This document shows, one piece after another, positions 1 through 9,437 of a stretch of 62,434 bases of DNA. A program made the translations under genes and the position numbers. Within the stretch, counting starts at the first letter, position 1, and the number at the start of each line of letters is the position of its first letter. The stretch lies in the IMG/VR virus record IMGVR_UViG_3300036859_000414, positions 1 to 62,434 of that record, one strand, 5' to 3'. The DNA is from a virus. Lineage: Duplodnaviria; Caudoviricetes. Below the pieces are notes generated by a model. The model made no database searches. It was not told the origin of the DNA and worked only from the letters and a program-made list of their open reading frames with translations.

Positions 1-3000
1 ATGGAACGCCGCCTACTGTCACGATTGGCGGATTTGCCTGCACGAGTGTCGTGGTTGTGGATGCGCACACGATCACGTGTCTTTCGCCTGTGTCGAGCGA
101 GGTTGGCACGTTCGACGTCGTAGTCACAACGATCGGCGGAAGTGCGACAGCGTATCAGGTCTTCACGTTCTATGCGTCCACGATGGCGTCTCTGTCTCCT
201 GCGTACGCGAACATCGCAGGTGGCGTAGACATCACGATCGAAGGGTACAACTTCGTAACGGGTGCCACGATCACCTTCGGCGGAGTCGCAGTCACTTCTT
301 CGACCTTCATCGACAGTGAGCACTACGTCGTTACCATTCCGAGTCACGGACAGGGGTGGGTCGATGTGGTGATGGTGGATCCTGGAGGAGCGTCGAACAC
401 GCTCACACAGGCTTTCCAGTACACTCTCTTCACTCGTGGTGAGGACATTCGGAGACAGCCTGGGATTACGATCCAGGATGCACTAGGAGCTCAACCGAAC
501 ACGTGCGCTGCGACTGTGGACGGAAGGAGTAACATTCCGATCGAAGGTGAGGAGTTCCAGATCACCGACTCGGAAGACGGGAACAGACTGCTCTTCAAGG
601 GCACGGTGCAGAGCGTTCTTACGAGGTACGAAGGTCTCACGAGTCAGCTCGTACACGATGTCACGGCTGTAGACTTTACGTTCACGCTGAACAAGTACCG
701 ACCGTTCGGACGGTACCAGAGCGTCTCGGCTACAGATATCGTCAAAGACCTTCTCGCACGCTACGCTCCGGACTTCGACCGAGAGACCTTCGTCCAGACC
801 AACCTCGTACGAGTGTCCTTCCTGTTCGATGGGAGTCAGGATCTGGCTTCCTGTCTGAGCATGATTGCACAGCAGATCGGAGGCGGGCATTGGTATGTGG
901 ACTATGACCGAAAGGTCCACTTCTTCCACGTCGTGCCTCCAGGCCTTTTCCTTCCTGCGAATCCGCAAAGCGTTGTCAACATCGCAGCAGGGACGGCTCC
1001 GACGGTTGTGCAAGGTGCTGTGATCCAGTCGACGTTCTCGTACCCTCCAGGGTGGTACTTCTTCCAGGTCACGAACGTCTACAGCAACAATCTGGAGAGC
1101 GTCCTCGGCCCTCTGAGCAATCCTGTCTACCTGGACGGGTCGCATAAAATCGACTTCTCGAACGTCGCAGTGGGAGCGACAGTTGGAACCTTCACGGTCT
1201 CGAAGCGTCGCATCTACATGCGACAGATGAGACGGCAGCCTTCCAACCAGCCCTTCGAGACCATTCTCCGATTCGCTCAGGTCGACGACAACGTTACGAC
1301 CAGCTTCACGGTTGATGGGCCTTCTGGAGGGTCCGTACTAAATCCAACGTCAGCAGCGGTCGTGAACATTCCTGGGACGGAGCCGCTTCCGAAGCAGTCC
1401 TTCGCAGCGAGACCTGAGGCTCCTCCTGCGCCAGCTCTGAGCTACACTGCGAGTGGAGGATCGAACGGAGGAGTGTTCGGAGCTCGAGTGGCGTACGTGT
1501 ATCGAGATGGAACGGTCTCGTATGCGAGCTTGCCGTCGAACACCTTGCGGATCTATCTCATTGCAGGGCAGGGAGTAGACCATTTCACGATCACAGGTCT
1601 CGTGCCTGGACCCGATGTGAACGGGACGCCTGTCATTGCACGCTTTATCCAGATCGCCATTGGCAACCCTGGCGTTGTGGCGAGTATGGAGGACGCGAAC
1701 ACGTTCATCTCGACTGGTGAGCCTGATTGGTCTGTGCCGAACGTGGTGTACGTGGTTGGAGACAACACGTCTACGACCTTCTCGACACCGAGTGCGTACG
1801 GAGTGCTGTGGCCTCCACCAGCGTCCGATCCTCTGTGGGCTGTAGGCAGAACGACGAAGTTCTACTACAACGCAGCGCAGCAGGCTGCGATCGAGCCTGA
1901 TCCTGTTCCTGTGTGGCCCAACCCAGACGGACCCTTCCTAGAAGACACAGATACACCTGCCCTCATCGACGACAGCAACGTTCTCCTGCTGAGAGATCCA
2001 CAGCTCGAGATCTTCCGCGACATGTCGCAGTTGCGGAATAGGGTCTTCGTTAAAGGACGAGGAAGTGTCACCACAGCAGCGGTGTCGATCGGAGCGGCGT
2101 CGGTCTTCGTGGCGGATGGCAATGCGTTCTCGCCGAATGGCGGTAAGGTCCTCATCGACAACCTCACTGTGATCGAGTACCTGACGGTCACGGGTGATGA
2201 GACGACGTATCTCCTATCCTTTGCAGAGTCCCTTCCAGTCGCAGTACGCAGTGGCGCTGAGATCTGTAACTTCCTCCAACTGGACGATGTCGAAGCCCAA
2301 AAGTCCCTTGGCAAGATCGAACGAGACTCTAGTGGCAACGTTACGGACGGCGTGCACGAGTACACAGTCGTAGACACGAGTCTGCGCACAGAGTTCCAGC
2401 TTTACATGCGAGCTGCTGCAGAACTCGAACTCTTCGCTCGTCCGATCATAAAGGTACGGTACGCGACACGAGATCCTCTGGCTCGGAGCGGAAAGATTCA
2501 GTCGTTCGATCTGAGCAACCCTCCTCTCAAGGGAGACTTCCTGATCCAGAGTGTCACGATCGATCAGATCCACGATGACTCGGATCAACTGCTCCCGAGA
2601 TATAATGTCGACGCTTCGAGTGTGCGGTACGAGCTCAATGACCTCCTGCTCTCGATCATCGCGAAGGGTCTGATCTCCGGAGGCTCGTCTTCCGTAGGTG
2701 TAGCTGCGACTGCTACTGCGGATGCAGTTAGCAGTCTGCACACGTGGACGACACTCGTTAAGGCGAACGACGAAGGTCGTATCAGTAACACGACACTCGC
2801 GATCGACACAGAGCTCCGGTTCAGCGGTCTGGCTGGCAGACGGTACAGAGTCCGAGGCTCCATGTACGGAACTGCTCCAGGAGCAGCCGACATAAAGTAC
2901 ACGATAGGAGGTCCGACCCTCTCACGGATCATCGCGTACCAGTTGGGTATCACGAACGCTAACGCGTTCTCAGGACCCACCAGTCCGACCGTGTACACGG

Positions 3001-3194
3001 CAAATCCTCACACCACGTACCCAACGGCTGTTGCGATCAACACGTCTACGGACGAGTACATCTGGATGAACATGGACGCTGTGATCGAGCTAGCTGCAGA
3101 CGGCGTAGTCGGTTTCTCGTGGGCTCAGAACACCTCGAACCCTACTGCAACGACCGTAGCACGAGGATCGTACCTTGAATACATAGAGTTCTAG
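1..3194 (+). CDS. Large minor tail / baseplate-hub / host-binding protein with N-terminal IPT/TIG repeats (5' part lies at 62284-62434)
   Basis: Frame is open from position 3. Two IPT/TIG-like repeats, a tail-hub-like segment (WYVDYDRKVHFF; RNRVFVKG) and a beta-rich C-terminus. Follows tape measure and distal tail genes across the circular junction. Confidence 0.75.
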   Translation, partial: GTPPTVTIGGFACTSVVVVDAHTITCLSPVSSEVGTFDVVVTTIGGSATAYQVFTFYASTMASLSPAYANIAGGVDITIEGYNFVTGATITFGGVAVTSSTFIDSEHYVVTIPSHGQGWVDVVMVDPGGASNTLTQAFQYTLFTRGEDIRRQPGITIQDALGAQPNTCAATVDGRSNIPIEGEEFQITDSEDGNRLLFKGTVQSVLTRYEGLTSQLVHDVTAVDFTFTLNKYRPFGRYQSVSATDIVKDLLARYAPDFDRETFVQTNLVRVSFLFDGSQDLASCLSMIAQQIGGGHWYVDYDRKVHFFHVVPPGLFLPANPQSVVNIAAGTAPTVVQGAVIQSTFSYPPGWYFFQVTNVYSNNLESVLGPLSNPVYLDGSHKIDFSNVAVGATVGTFTVSKRRIYMRQMRRQPSNQPFETILRFAQVDDNVTTSFTVDGPSGGSVLNPTSAAVVNIPGTEPLPKQSFAARPEAPPAPALSYTASGGSNGGVFGARVAYVYRDGTVSYASLPSNTLRIYLIAGQGVDHFTITGLVPGPDVNGTPVIARFIQIAIGNPGVVASMEDANTFISTGEPDWSVPNVVYVVGDNTSTTFSTPSAYGVLWPPPASDPLWAVGRTTKFYYNAAQQAAIEPDPVPVWPNPDGPFLEDTDTPALIDDSNVLLLRDPQLEIFRDMSQLRNRVFVKGRGSVTTAAVSIGAASVFVADGNAFSPNGGKVLIDNLTVIEYLTVTGDETTYLLSFAESLPVAVRSGAEICNFLQLDDVEAQKSLGKIERDSSGNVTDGVHEYTVVDTSLRTEFQLYMRAAAELELFARPIIKVRYATRDPLARSGKIQSFDLSNPPLKGDFLIQSVTIDQIHDDSDQLLPRYNVDASSVRYELNDLLLSIIAKGLISGGSSSVGVAATATADAVSSLHTWTTLVKANDEGRISNTTLAIDTELRFSGLAGRRYRVRGSMYGTAPGAADIKYTIGGPTLSRIIAYQLGITNANAFSGPTSPTVYTANPHTTYPTAVAINTSTDEYIWMNMDAVIELAADGVVGFSWAQNTSNPTATTVARGSYLEYIEF

Positions 3195-3196
3195 CT

Positions 3197-3721
3197 ATGT
3201 CTGACCACCTCATTCCGCAACGCAGATCCGGAGACCAGGACCGAATGCTCCACGACCGGTTGAGCCATCTCGAGCGGGATCTCGCAGAGCTTAAAGTCAC
3301 GATCGGAGAGCTCCAGAATGGGTTGAGTCTTGTGAAGGTTGAGCAAGGGCATGCGAAGGAGCTGGTGTCGTCGAGGCTTAGCCTGATCGACAAGAGCATA
3401 GAGCTCCTAGGCTCGAAACTCGAGTCCTTGAGCCGAGACATCCTCACGATGGCGTCCGATGCGGACAAGACGCCTGCAGGTAGATCGCTTCTGTCCATCG
3501 TAAACCAGACCAACGCACTCTCTGCTGAGAACGCAGACACGATCGAGGCGAACGCACAGAAGACCGTTACTGCTGTGAACGAGCAGCAGGACCAGATCGA
3601 CGAGCTCAAGACCTGGAAGAACAACATTGAGGGAGTGGTCTACTTTCTCAAGTGGCTAGGTGCAGCAGGCGCCATTGCACTACTAGCTACGATTCTCAGA
3701 GCGCTGAAGATAATCCCATGA
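3197..3721 (+). CDS. Coiled-coil protein with a C-terminal transmembrane helix (lysis-associated, holin-like candidate)
   Basis: Heptad-rich body ending in VVYFLKWLGAAGAIALLATILRAL; immediately upstream of the endolysin. Confidence 0.5.
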   Translation: MSDHLIPQRRSGDQDRMLHDRLSHLERDLAELKVTIGELQNGLSLVKVEQGHAKELVSSRLSLIDKSIELLGSKLESLSRDILTMASDADKTPAGRSLLSIVNQTNALSAENADTIEANAQKTVTAVNEQQDQIDELKTWKNNIEGVVYFLKWLGAAGAIALLATILRALKIIP

Positions 3722-4254
3722 CGTACACAAGTGAGGTGTTAACGACAGCATCGCAGTTCAAGCTTGAGCCGGAGCTCGTTCTGGCACAGGTGTCGGTTGA
3801 GAGTGATGGGAATCCATATGCCTGGAACCCAGAGCCGGTGTATCGATATCTCTGGAACGTCAAGCAAGGAAAGCCGTTTAGACCGCTCACTCCAGCAGAG
3901 ATCCTGTCGGAGAGGCCTCCGAAGGACTTTCCGTGCTTGGTAGGGGATCCGGACCAGGAGTTCTGGGCACAGCAGGCGTCCTGGGGTCTCATGCAGGTGA
4001 TGGGTGCGGTTGCGAGAGAGCGTGGGTTCACAGAGTCGTATCTGACAGAGCTCACAGTTCCTACCCTCAACCTCAGCGTCGGATGCAGCCTCCTCGCACA
4101 TCTGCTGCGCTGGAGCAAGAACAATAAGATCCAAGCACTTGCCGCCTACAACGGTGGGAAAGGCGGCAACTCGACTCCACCCTATCGCAACACGTCGTAT
4201 GCGCTCAAGGTCCAAAGCAAGTACCACGAACTCACGGGGAGGTTGTTCGTATGA
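3718..4254 (+). CDS. Endolysin, SLT-family lytic transglycosylase
   Basis: Motifs VSVESDGNP (catalytic Glu), SWGLMQV and ALAAYNGG. ATG at 3718 overlaps the upstream stop. Confidence 0.9.
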   Translation: MTYTSEVLTTASQFKLEPELVLAQVSVESDGNPYAWNPEPVYRYLWNVKQGKPFRPLTPAEILSERPPKDFPCLVGDPDQEFWAQQASWGLMQVMGAVARERGFTESYLTELTVPTLNLSVGCSLLAHLLRWSKNNKIQALAAYNGGKGGNSTPPYRNTSYALKVQSKYHELTGRLFV

Positions 4255-4715
4255 AGGCAACACTGACATTGTTTGTTCTACTGCTGAGCGTGGGAAGCGC
4301 TTCGGCTCAACTCCGTCCGACTGTTGTTCTAGGAGACACGGAGAAGTTCGCATGGACAGCGTCACCTGACAACGACACAACGGTTGGCAGTCCTGCTGTA
4401 CCAGTCGTCTCGTCGTACAAAGTCCAGTTCTTCCTCAGGACAGACGTCGTGAACCAGACGACCATCCCTGTCCCGAGTCCAACCGCGGTTCCTCAGTTCA
4501 CGGTCGACGTCGGCAAGCCTCCAAAGGACGGAACAGGAACTCAACTGAGCACTCCCGTCAAGCCAATGCTCGGCACGAACGTGAACAAAGAGTACGTTGC
4601 GTTCATCGTCACGAGCGGTCCAGCAGGAGACTCACCAAGGAGTGAAGCTTCCGACCCTTTCGTCTTGCTGGGTCCGCCCCGACCTGTGGTGGGTCCAGTT
4701 CGAACCCGGCCGTAA
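4251..4715 (+). CDS. Secreted Ig/FN3-like protein
   Basis: Signal peptide MKATLTLFVLLLSVGSASA followed by a beta-strand-rich domain. Confidence 0.7.
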   Translation: MKATLTLFVLLLSVGSASAQLRPTVVLGDTEKFAWTASPDNDTTVGSPAVPVVSSYKVQFFLRTDVVNQTTIPVPSPTAVPQFTVDVGKPPKDGTGTQLSTPVKPMLGTNVNKEYVAFIVTSGPAGDSPRSEASDPFVLLGPPRPVVGPVRTRP

Positions 4716-4990
4716 CAATACAGGTCGAGACGTGGAACACACCTGTCGCGATTGGGACGAGAGGGAAGGTCCTTTTCAAGCTCATCGCGCCGCAGAACAT
4801 CATAAAGATCGAAGTGCTGTTCTCCGTACAGGTGGTAGGAGAGGTGAGGGGAGAGGATCTTCGAGACTCGGCAGGGCTGTACTTTAGCGTTCCGAGAACT
4901 CCAGGCGATTACTCTCTGTACGTACGTGCGACAACAGTGGATGGCTGCACCACGCAGACAACTGCGGCCAGGATAGTGAGGGTGCAGTGA
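4655..4990 (+). CDS. -1 frame extension (Ig-like domain) of the 4251 protein, reached by a probable programmed frameshift
   Basis: -1 frame is open 4646-4990 with no start codon near its 5' end; slippery C CCT TTC at 4655-4661; product ends PGDYSLYVRATTVDGCTTQTTAARIVRVQ. Confidence 0.6.
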   Translation, partial: PFRLAGSAPTCGGSSSNPAVTIQVETWNTPVAIGTRGKVLFKLIAPQNIIKIEVLFSVQVVGEVRGEDLRDSAGLYFSVPRTPGDYSLYVRATTVDGCTTQTTAARIVRVQ

Positions 4991-5451
4991 AGCTCGAAGC
5001 ACAAGTGCACGTCCACATTCACAAGCACAAGCCGCCGAAGAAGAAGCACAAGGTGGCAGTCATCCTCTGGACGTTTGGTCCCGTCCAGGAACAAGGAGCA
5101 TCAGGACCTTCTGTTGTGAGGAGAACAAAACCCATGAACCAGCTGACCGAAACTCAGTTCGTCGAAGGCGTCGTCGTTCCGAAGACCAAGAAGGGAAATC
5201 CCGCGGAGGTGCAGGATCCCGTCTTCTCGTCCTCGAACGATGCCGTCATCGCCGTCACGACCGACCCTGCCAACCCGCTTGGCGTGAAGGTGAGTGCCGT
5301 TGCGCCTGGCGCAGCACAGGTCCTTCTGTCGTTCGATGCGGATCTCGGGGATGGAGTCGAGACCGTGAACCTTGCGGCTGACTTCACCGTCATCGCCGGC
5401 AAGGCCGTCACGGCCGACTTCAACTTCGGCGCGCCGCAGGAGCAGCCGTAG
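4987..5451 (+). CDS. Ig-like (BIG2-type) domain protein with a possible internal start at 5134
   Basis: FSSSNDAVIAV...AVAPGAAQV resembles BIG2. GAGGAG RBS precedes ATG 5134. Confidence 0.6.
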   Translation: MKLEAQVHVHIHKHKPPKKKHKVAVILWTFGPVQEQGASGPSVVRRTKPMNQLTETQFVEGVVVPKTKKGNPAEVQDPVFSSSNDAVIAVTTDPANPLGVKVSAVAPGAAQVLLSFDADLGDGVETVNLAADFTVIAGKAVTADFNFGAPQEQP

Positions 5452-5462
5452 GCACAAAGGAA

Positions 5463-5496
5463 GAGCCCCTAGAGCTGGTGAGTGCTCTAGGGGCTC
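5463..5496 (+). terminator. Perfect 13-bp hairpin (terminator-like, no U-tract)
   Basis: GAGCCCCTAGAGC-tggtgagt-GCTCTAGGGGCTC directly after the 5451 stop. Confidence 0.6.
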
Positions 5497-5517
5497 GACC
5501 TGTATAGGAGGGTTGAT

Positions 5518-5716
5518 ATGAAGATGATGCTCTGGCGGTTGATCTATGCCGTCCTCGTGTTCGCACTGGTGGTTCGTGCTCCTGCCACCTGTGCTGGACA
5601 TACTGGGACTGCAGAACCTGATGGCAGGGAGTGCGTTAGCCTTGATCAGGCTTGTGTCTGGAGTCCTCGCACTGCTGTTCATTGTGTGGGGACCGGAGGT
5701 AAAGACGCTCTTCTAA
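5518..5716 (+). pseudogene. Small two-TM membrane protein (holin-like) interrupted by a single-base frameshift near 5569
   Basis: GGAGG RBS. MKMMLWRLIYAVLVFAL continues in the +1 frame as WFVLLPPVLDILGLQNLMAGSALALIRLVSGVLALLFIVWGPEVKTLF*. Confidence 0.6.
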
Positions 5717-6400
5717 GGCGTCGGCCAGGTCTCGGCGAGGCTGAGAGCATAGTCACGTCGGGTGCTAGGAGAGAGGTAGTCGATCTGCACAATCCCAACG
5801 CCGGGTGCAAGCCAGTAGTCCATCGTCCAGATGCTCTGGCCGGTTGGATAGGAGCATCCGGCGTTCGCGCACCAGGACTGGAAGATGTGGAGCTTGACGA
5901 CGTTGCTGAAGACGAGGCCTGCGTCGGTCGTGAACGAAGAGTAGAACGCGCTGAACGTGATCTGCTGAGTCCCGTAGTTCCAGTAGCCAGAAGACACACC
6001 TGTTGAAGCTGAGACATCCACTTGCAGTGAGCGACTGACGACGTCGTAGAGGTTCATCACGCCGCCCCACTGGATTTCCTTCCCAACGACATAAACCTTG
6101 TGCACGGAGCCGTTCCAGGTTCCGACCCTCGAGGATCTGAGAGCCGTCGTCACGATACTCCCATGCGTCCAGCCAGCCGCTACTCGAGTATTCGTCGAGG
6201 CGCGTTACTGCGTTACCACGGACAGTCCCACGAAGCACGTAGCGTCGAAGGATCGTCTTTGTCGGAGAGCCGTAGGCCGATGTATGGTCCTGAGCGATAA
6301 GCTGCTCGGTAGTAGGCAGAGGCCAGTAGTCTCGAAGATCGACAGTCTGAGCCTCTGCGCTCGAAGCCAGTAAGAGCAAGAGCAGTAGTGTTGCTTTCAT
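5713..6400 (-). pseudogene. Secreted beta-rich protein split by a one-base frameshift near 6127
   Basis: Signal peptide MKATLLLLLLLASSAEA. Removing one G from GAG-G-GTC joins ...SQILE to VGTWNGSVHKV... of ORF 5713-6153. Confidence 0.6.
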
Positions 6401-6597
6401 CGCTTAGGAACCTCTCCTCGTAGGAACAGCTCGAAGTAGGTCTGGATCGTGTCTTCCAGGAGCTGAAGCTGGATCACGAGTGCGAGCGACGTGTTCGCTT
6501 GGTCCTGTGCGTGTCGAATCTCAGTTCTGTCGTCTGTGGAACGCTCTTTCAGTTGATCGCGATACACTTCGAGTGCTTGTCGGTCCTTGGATTCCAT
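6397..6597 (-). CDS. Hypothetical protein
   Basis: Overlapping start/stop with its neighbour; helical composition. Confidence 0.55.
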   Translation of the reverse strand: MESKDRQALEVYRDQLKERSTDDRTEIRHAQDQANTSLALVIQLQLLEDTIQTYFELFLRGEVPKR

Positions 6598-6919
6598 CTA
6601 CGAACCTCACATTCAGTTCCGGCACACGGTAGTGCACGTATGACTCAGCCGGCCGGTACGACTGTGTCAGCGGAAGCGTCTCGTCCCTCCGTCCAACGGA
6701 CACGCTTCGTTGCTCTGGCAGCCGTGTAAGCGACCAGACGTTCGTACGGTTTAGCTCGCTCCGAGATCTGAGCAGAATCTCTACCGCTTTCTGGGGAGAA
6801 TTCTCCTGTGCCTCCGCTCGATAGCTAAGTGCGAACAGGATGAACAACACTCCCAAGAGTACTACGATCAAGAGCTTGACGTACGACGTGCCGAGCGAGT
6901 CGTCATCTTCGTCTTCCAT
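6521..6919 (-). CDS. Hypothetical membrane-anchored protein
   Basis: TM segment LLIVVLLGVLFILFALS. Confidence 0.5.
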   Translation of the reverse strand: MEDEDDDSLGTSYVKLLIVVLLGVLFILFALSYRAEAQENSPQKAVEILLRSRSELNRTNVWSLTRLPEQRSVSVGRRDETLPLTQSYRPAESYVHYRVPELNVRFVDGIQGPTSTRSVSRSTERAFHRRQN

Positions 6920-7178
6920 ACTTCAGCCCTCCCACAGGCTTCGAAGCTTCTACAGCCTCCGGCGGGAAGATGATCCCTTCCTCCCGCTTCCACTCCCACG
7001 CAATGCTATCACCCTTGTCGGTGATGATGACACGCACGGTTGTTCCGAACTGAGCGCCGACGGACGTGCTGTAGTGGATCGCTGCGTCCACAGCTTCCTT
7101 CGCAGTCACGTTCCGTCGGACGTATTCGTACTGCTCGTCTACGAAGAACTGACACACATCGTAGAGATCGTCAGGCAC
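6903..7178 (-). CDS. Hypothetical protein
   Basis: AGGAG RBS before GTG; globular-looking sequence. Confidence 0.65.
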   Translation of the reverse strand: MPDDLYDVCQFFVDEQYEYVRRNVTAKEAVDAAIHYSTSVGAQFGTTVRVIITDKGDSIAWEWKREEGIIFPPEAVEASKPVGGLKYGRRR

Positions 7179-7274
7179 TCTTTACTCTCCTTCTACGCCT
7201 TCTAGGTGCGAAGTGAGTAGGCATGGGCGAGAGGTCTAGTCTCATCACCCATCGCCAGAACCTCCTCCACCGAC

Positions 7275-8201
7275 CTAAGTTGCGCTGTCCCAATGGTCCC
7301 ACCGTGGGTGTCGGTACGACCCGTCGGGTGTGCGGCTCTGGTACTCGATCCAGAGCTTCCGGCCGACGGAGGGATGGTTCGTACGGTACTTCACCTTGCG
7401 AGCTCCGAGCTTCACTTCTGCGTATTGAGCTTCGCCCTTGACCATCTTACTCTGCAGGTTGAGCTGCGTGAGCTCGAAGTCGTTCAGCGTCTTCACGACG
7501 GTCACGAACCCTTCAGGGTCTTCGACTACGGCGCATGCGAACTCGCCACGGTCCATGATCTCGCCTTGCGTAGGAGTGAAGCCGATGACGGTCATGCACT
7601 CGCTCTGAAGCTCTTTCACTTTGAGCCACGTCTTGCGCCGCTTGCCAGGTTCGTAACGAGAGCTGATCTCCTTGAGGATGATCCCTTCGCCGCCTTGATC
7701 CCAGATCGCTCCGACCATCTCTGTCACGTGGTCCCAGTCGCGTACGGTCATGTACGTCGAGAGTCGAACAGCACTCTCGGGAGAGACACGACCGTCGGTG
7801 AAGAGCTTCTCGAGCATCATCCTCCTCTCCTGCCACGGGTGCATGATGACAGAATCCTCGTGCCGTTCGACCACGTCGAACGCGATGTAGTGGAGGAGCT
7901 TCTCGTTCGAGAGGTCCGTGACGTTCGAACTGTAGCCTCGTGGTACGACGAGCTCTCCGTCATAGAGTGCCGGTGGCAGCATAGAGAGGATCTCGATGAG
8001 ATGCTTCGGCAGATTGCGATAGTTGCCAAGACGACTCCACGCCAGCACGTTGAGCTGGTTGGAGGAGTATGTCTTGCCTTCTACCCTCGGATGCACTCGC
8101 ACGAGCATTCGATGCCCGTCGAACTTCTCTTCTGCGACCCACTTACCCTTTGGGAGCTTGTCGGTCGCGGTTGCGAGCATTGGTTGTAGTAAGCCGTTCA
8201 C
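7275..8201 (-). CDS. lig: ATP-dependent DNA ligase
   Basis: PMLA, EEKFDGHR (adenylated Lys), YDGEL, FDVV, EGIILK, WLKVK and C-terminal OB fold YRHPRW. Confidence 0.93.
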   Translation of the reverse strand: MNGLLQPMLATATDKLPKGKWVAEEKFDGHRMLVRVHPRVEGKTYSSNQLNVLAWSRLGNYRNLPKHLIEILSMLPPALYDGELVVPRGYSSNVTDLSNEKLLHYIAFDVVERHEDSVIMHPWQERRMMLEKLFTDGRVSPESAVRLSTYMTVRDWDHVTEMVGAIWDQGGEGIILKEISSRYEPGKRRKTWLKVKELQSECMTVIGFTPTQGEIMDRGEFACAVVEDPEGFVTVVKTLNDFELTQLNLQSKMVKGEAQYAEVKLGARKVKYRTNHPSVGRKLWIEYQSRTPDGSYRHPRWDHWDSAT

Positions 8202-8339
8202 GTTCTCTCCCTTCAAGCTGCTCGAGACCTTCTCGGAGCTTACGCTGCGCGTTCAGTTGTGATGGTGTTAGAGGACTGTGCGACGCTCGTTCGTCGAGCG
8301 CCGACAGTGCTCCTTCGATCTGGCTGCGTGTGAGTTTCC

Positions 8340-8870
8340 TCATGACAGTATCTTCTTGGCGAAGCGCCGAAGTGCATCTGGGTCGCTTCGAGCCTTGAGC
8401 GCTCGTTCGGTCTTGATACGCTGAGACGCTCTGATGTAGATGTCGATGCCGAGCCGTTGTGCCTTTTGCTCGTAGGACCGAAGGCCGTGCAGCTTGACAT
8501 GCTCCATCTCGTTGTTCCACTCGAGTGCGTTCGCTTCTGCCCACTCCCAAGCTGAGCGCTCACGAAGCACTTCGAGCCGGTCGAACTCATCCTGATCCGA
8601 CGTCTGCATAATCCCAAGTGGGTGCAGATGATGTCCGAGCTCGTGCAACGCGATTGCGTACGTCGCGTGGTTTGTGATCGGTGCGACAGCGATACCTCGA
8701 ACCTTCACAGGACGGATCTCTCCTGTGATGAGGTTCTGAGCCATCATCTCTACGTCGACCGCCATTGCTGCTTCGGCCGAGACCTTCTGTCCTGCAACTT
8801 CGAAGAGCAGTTGGATCTGGAAGGCCTTGCCGAGCGCTTCGATATGTGCCGAGAGTTGGTCGATGGTCAT
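8340..8870 (-). CDS. Zn metallopeptidase-like protein
   Basis: ALHELGH motif with downstream ERSAWEWA. Confidence 0.65.
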   Translation of the reverse strand: MTIDQLSAHIEALGKAFQIQLLFEVAGQKVSAEAAMAVDVEMMAQNLITGEIRPVKVRGIAVAPITNHATYAIALHELGHHLHPLGIMQTSDQDEFDRLEVLRERSAWEWAEANALEWNNEMEHVKLHGLRSYEQKAQRLGIDIYIRASQRIKTERALKARSDPDALRRFAKKILS

Positions 8871-8998
8871 CTCTTCACCGAGTGCACCACTCGCACTCCG
8901 CACGAGCAGTACGAGACGAGCACAGGATGGCCATTCTCCACACCAGCGACTGGCTCAGGTAGTTCCTTCTGACACTCAGGGCATTTTAGTGCTGGCAT
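8867..8998 (-). CDS. Small zinc-ribbon protein
   Basis: CPEC...CSC; GGAGG RBS. Confidence 0.5.
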   Translation of the reverse strand: MPALKCPECQKELPEPVAGVENGHPVLVSYCSCGVRVVHSVKR

Positions 8999-9437
8999 CT
9001 TGTCCTCCTGTGTTGTAGATCTCGACGAGTACTTCTGCCGCTTTGCGTCGTGTAGAGCGCTCACCGAAGTTCTCTCCCTTCATGGTCTTCCACTTCCACT
9101 GCTGCTGTGTGCACCAGATGTAGCCGATTGGAGTGCCGCTCTTCATGCGCACGAGGAAGCCACCTCCGATCTCACCATCGATGTCAACTGTGTGGTCGTG
9201 GAGCGTGTATGGCAGATCGCTCTTCTGAGCTGACATAACTGGTCCACGGTTCATCGACTCGATGCGAGTCAAAAGGCCGTCTGTCTTGGCGGACTCAACA
9301 ACAACCTTTTGGTTCTTCGCTCTCCGCTCTGGTGAGGGAGGTGGAGGAGCTGGTTCAGGAGGAGGTGTGTATGGCACCTTCTCCTTCACCGTGTCGTCCT
9401 TCAAGAGCTTGCCGACGAGGTCGCGAACGTTGGCCAC
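8976..9437 (-). CDS. Hypothetical protein
   Basis: Contiguous with the VWA gene; Pro-rich linker. Confidence 0.6.
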   Translation of the reverse strand: MANVRDLVGKLLKDDTVKEKVPYTPPPEPAPPPPSPERRAKNQKVVVESAKTDGLLTRIESMNRGPVMSAQKSDLPYTLHDHTVDIDGEIGGGFLVRMKSGTPIGYIWCTQQQWKWKTMKGENFGERSTRRKAAEVLVEIYNTGGQDASTKMP

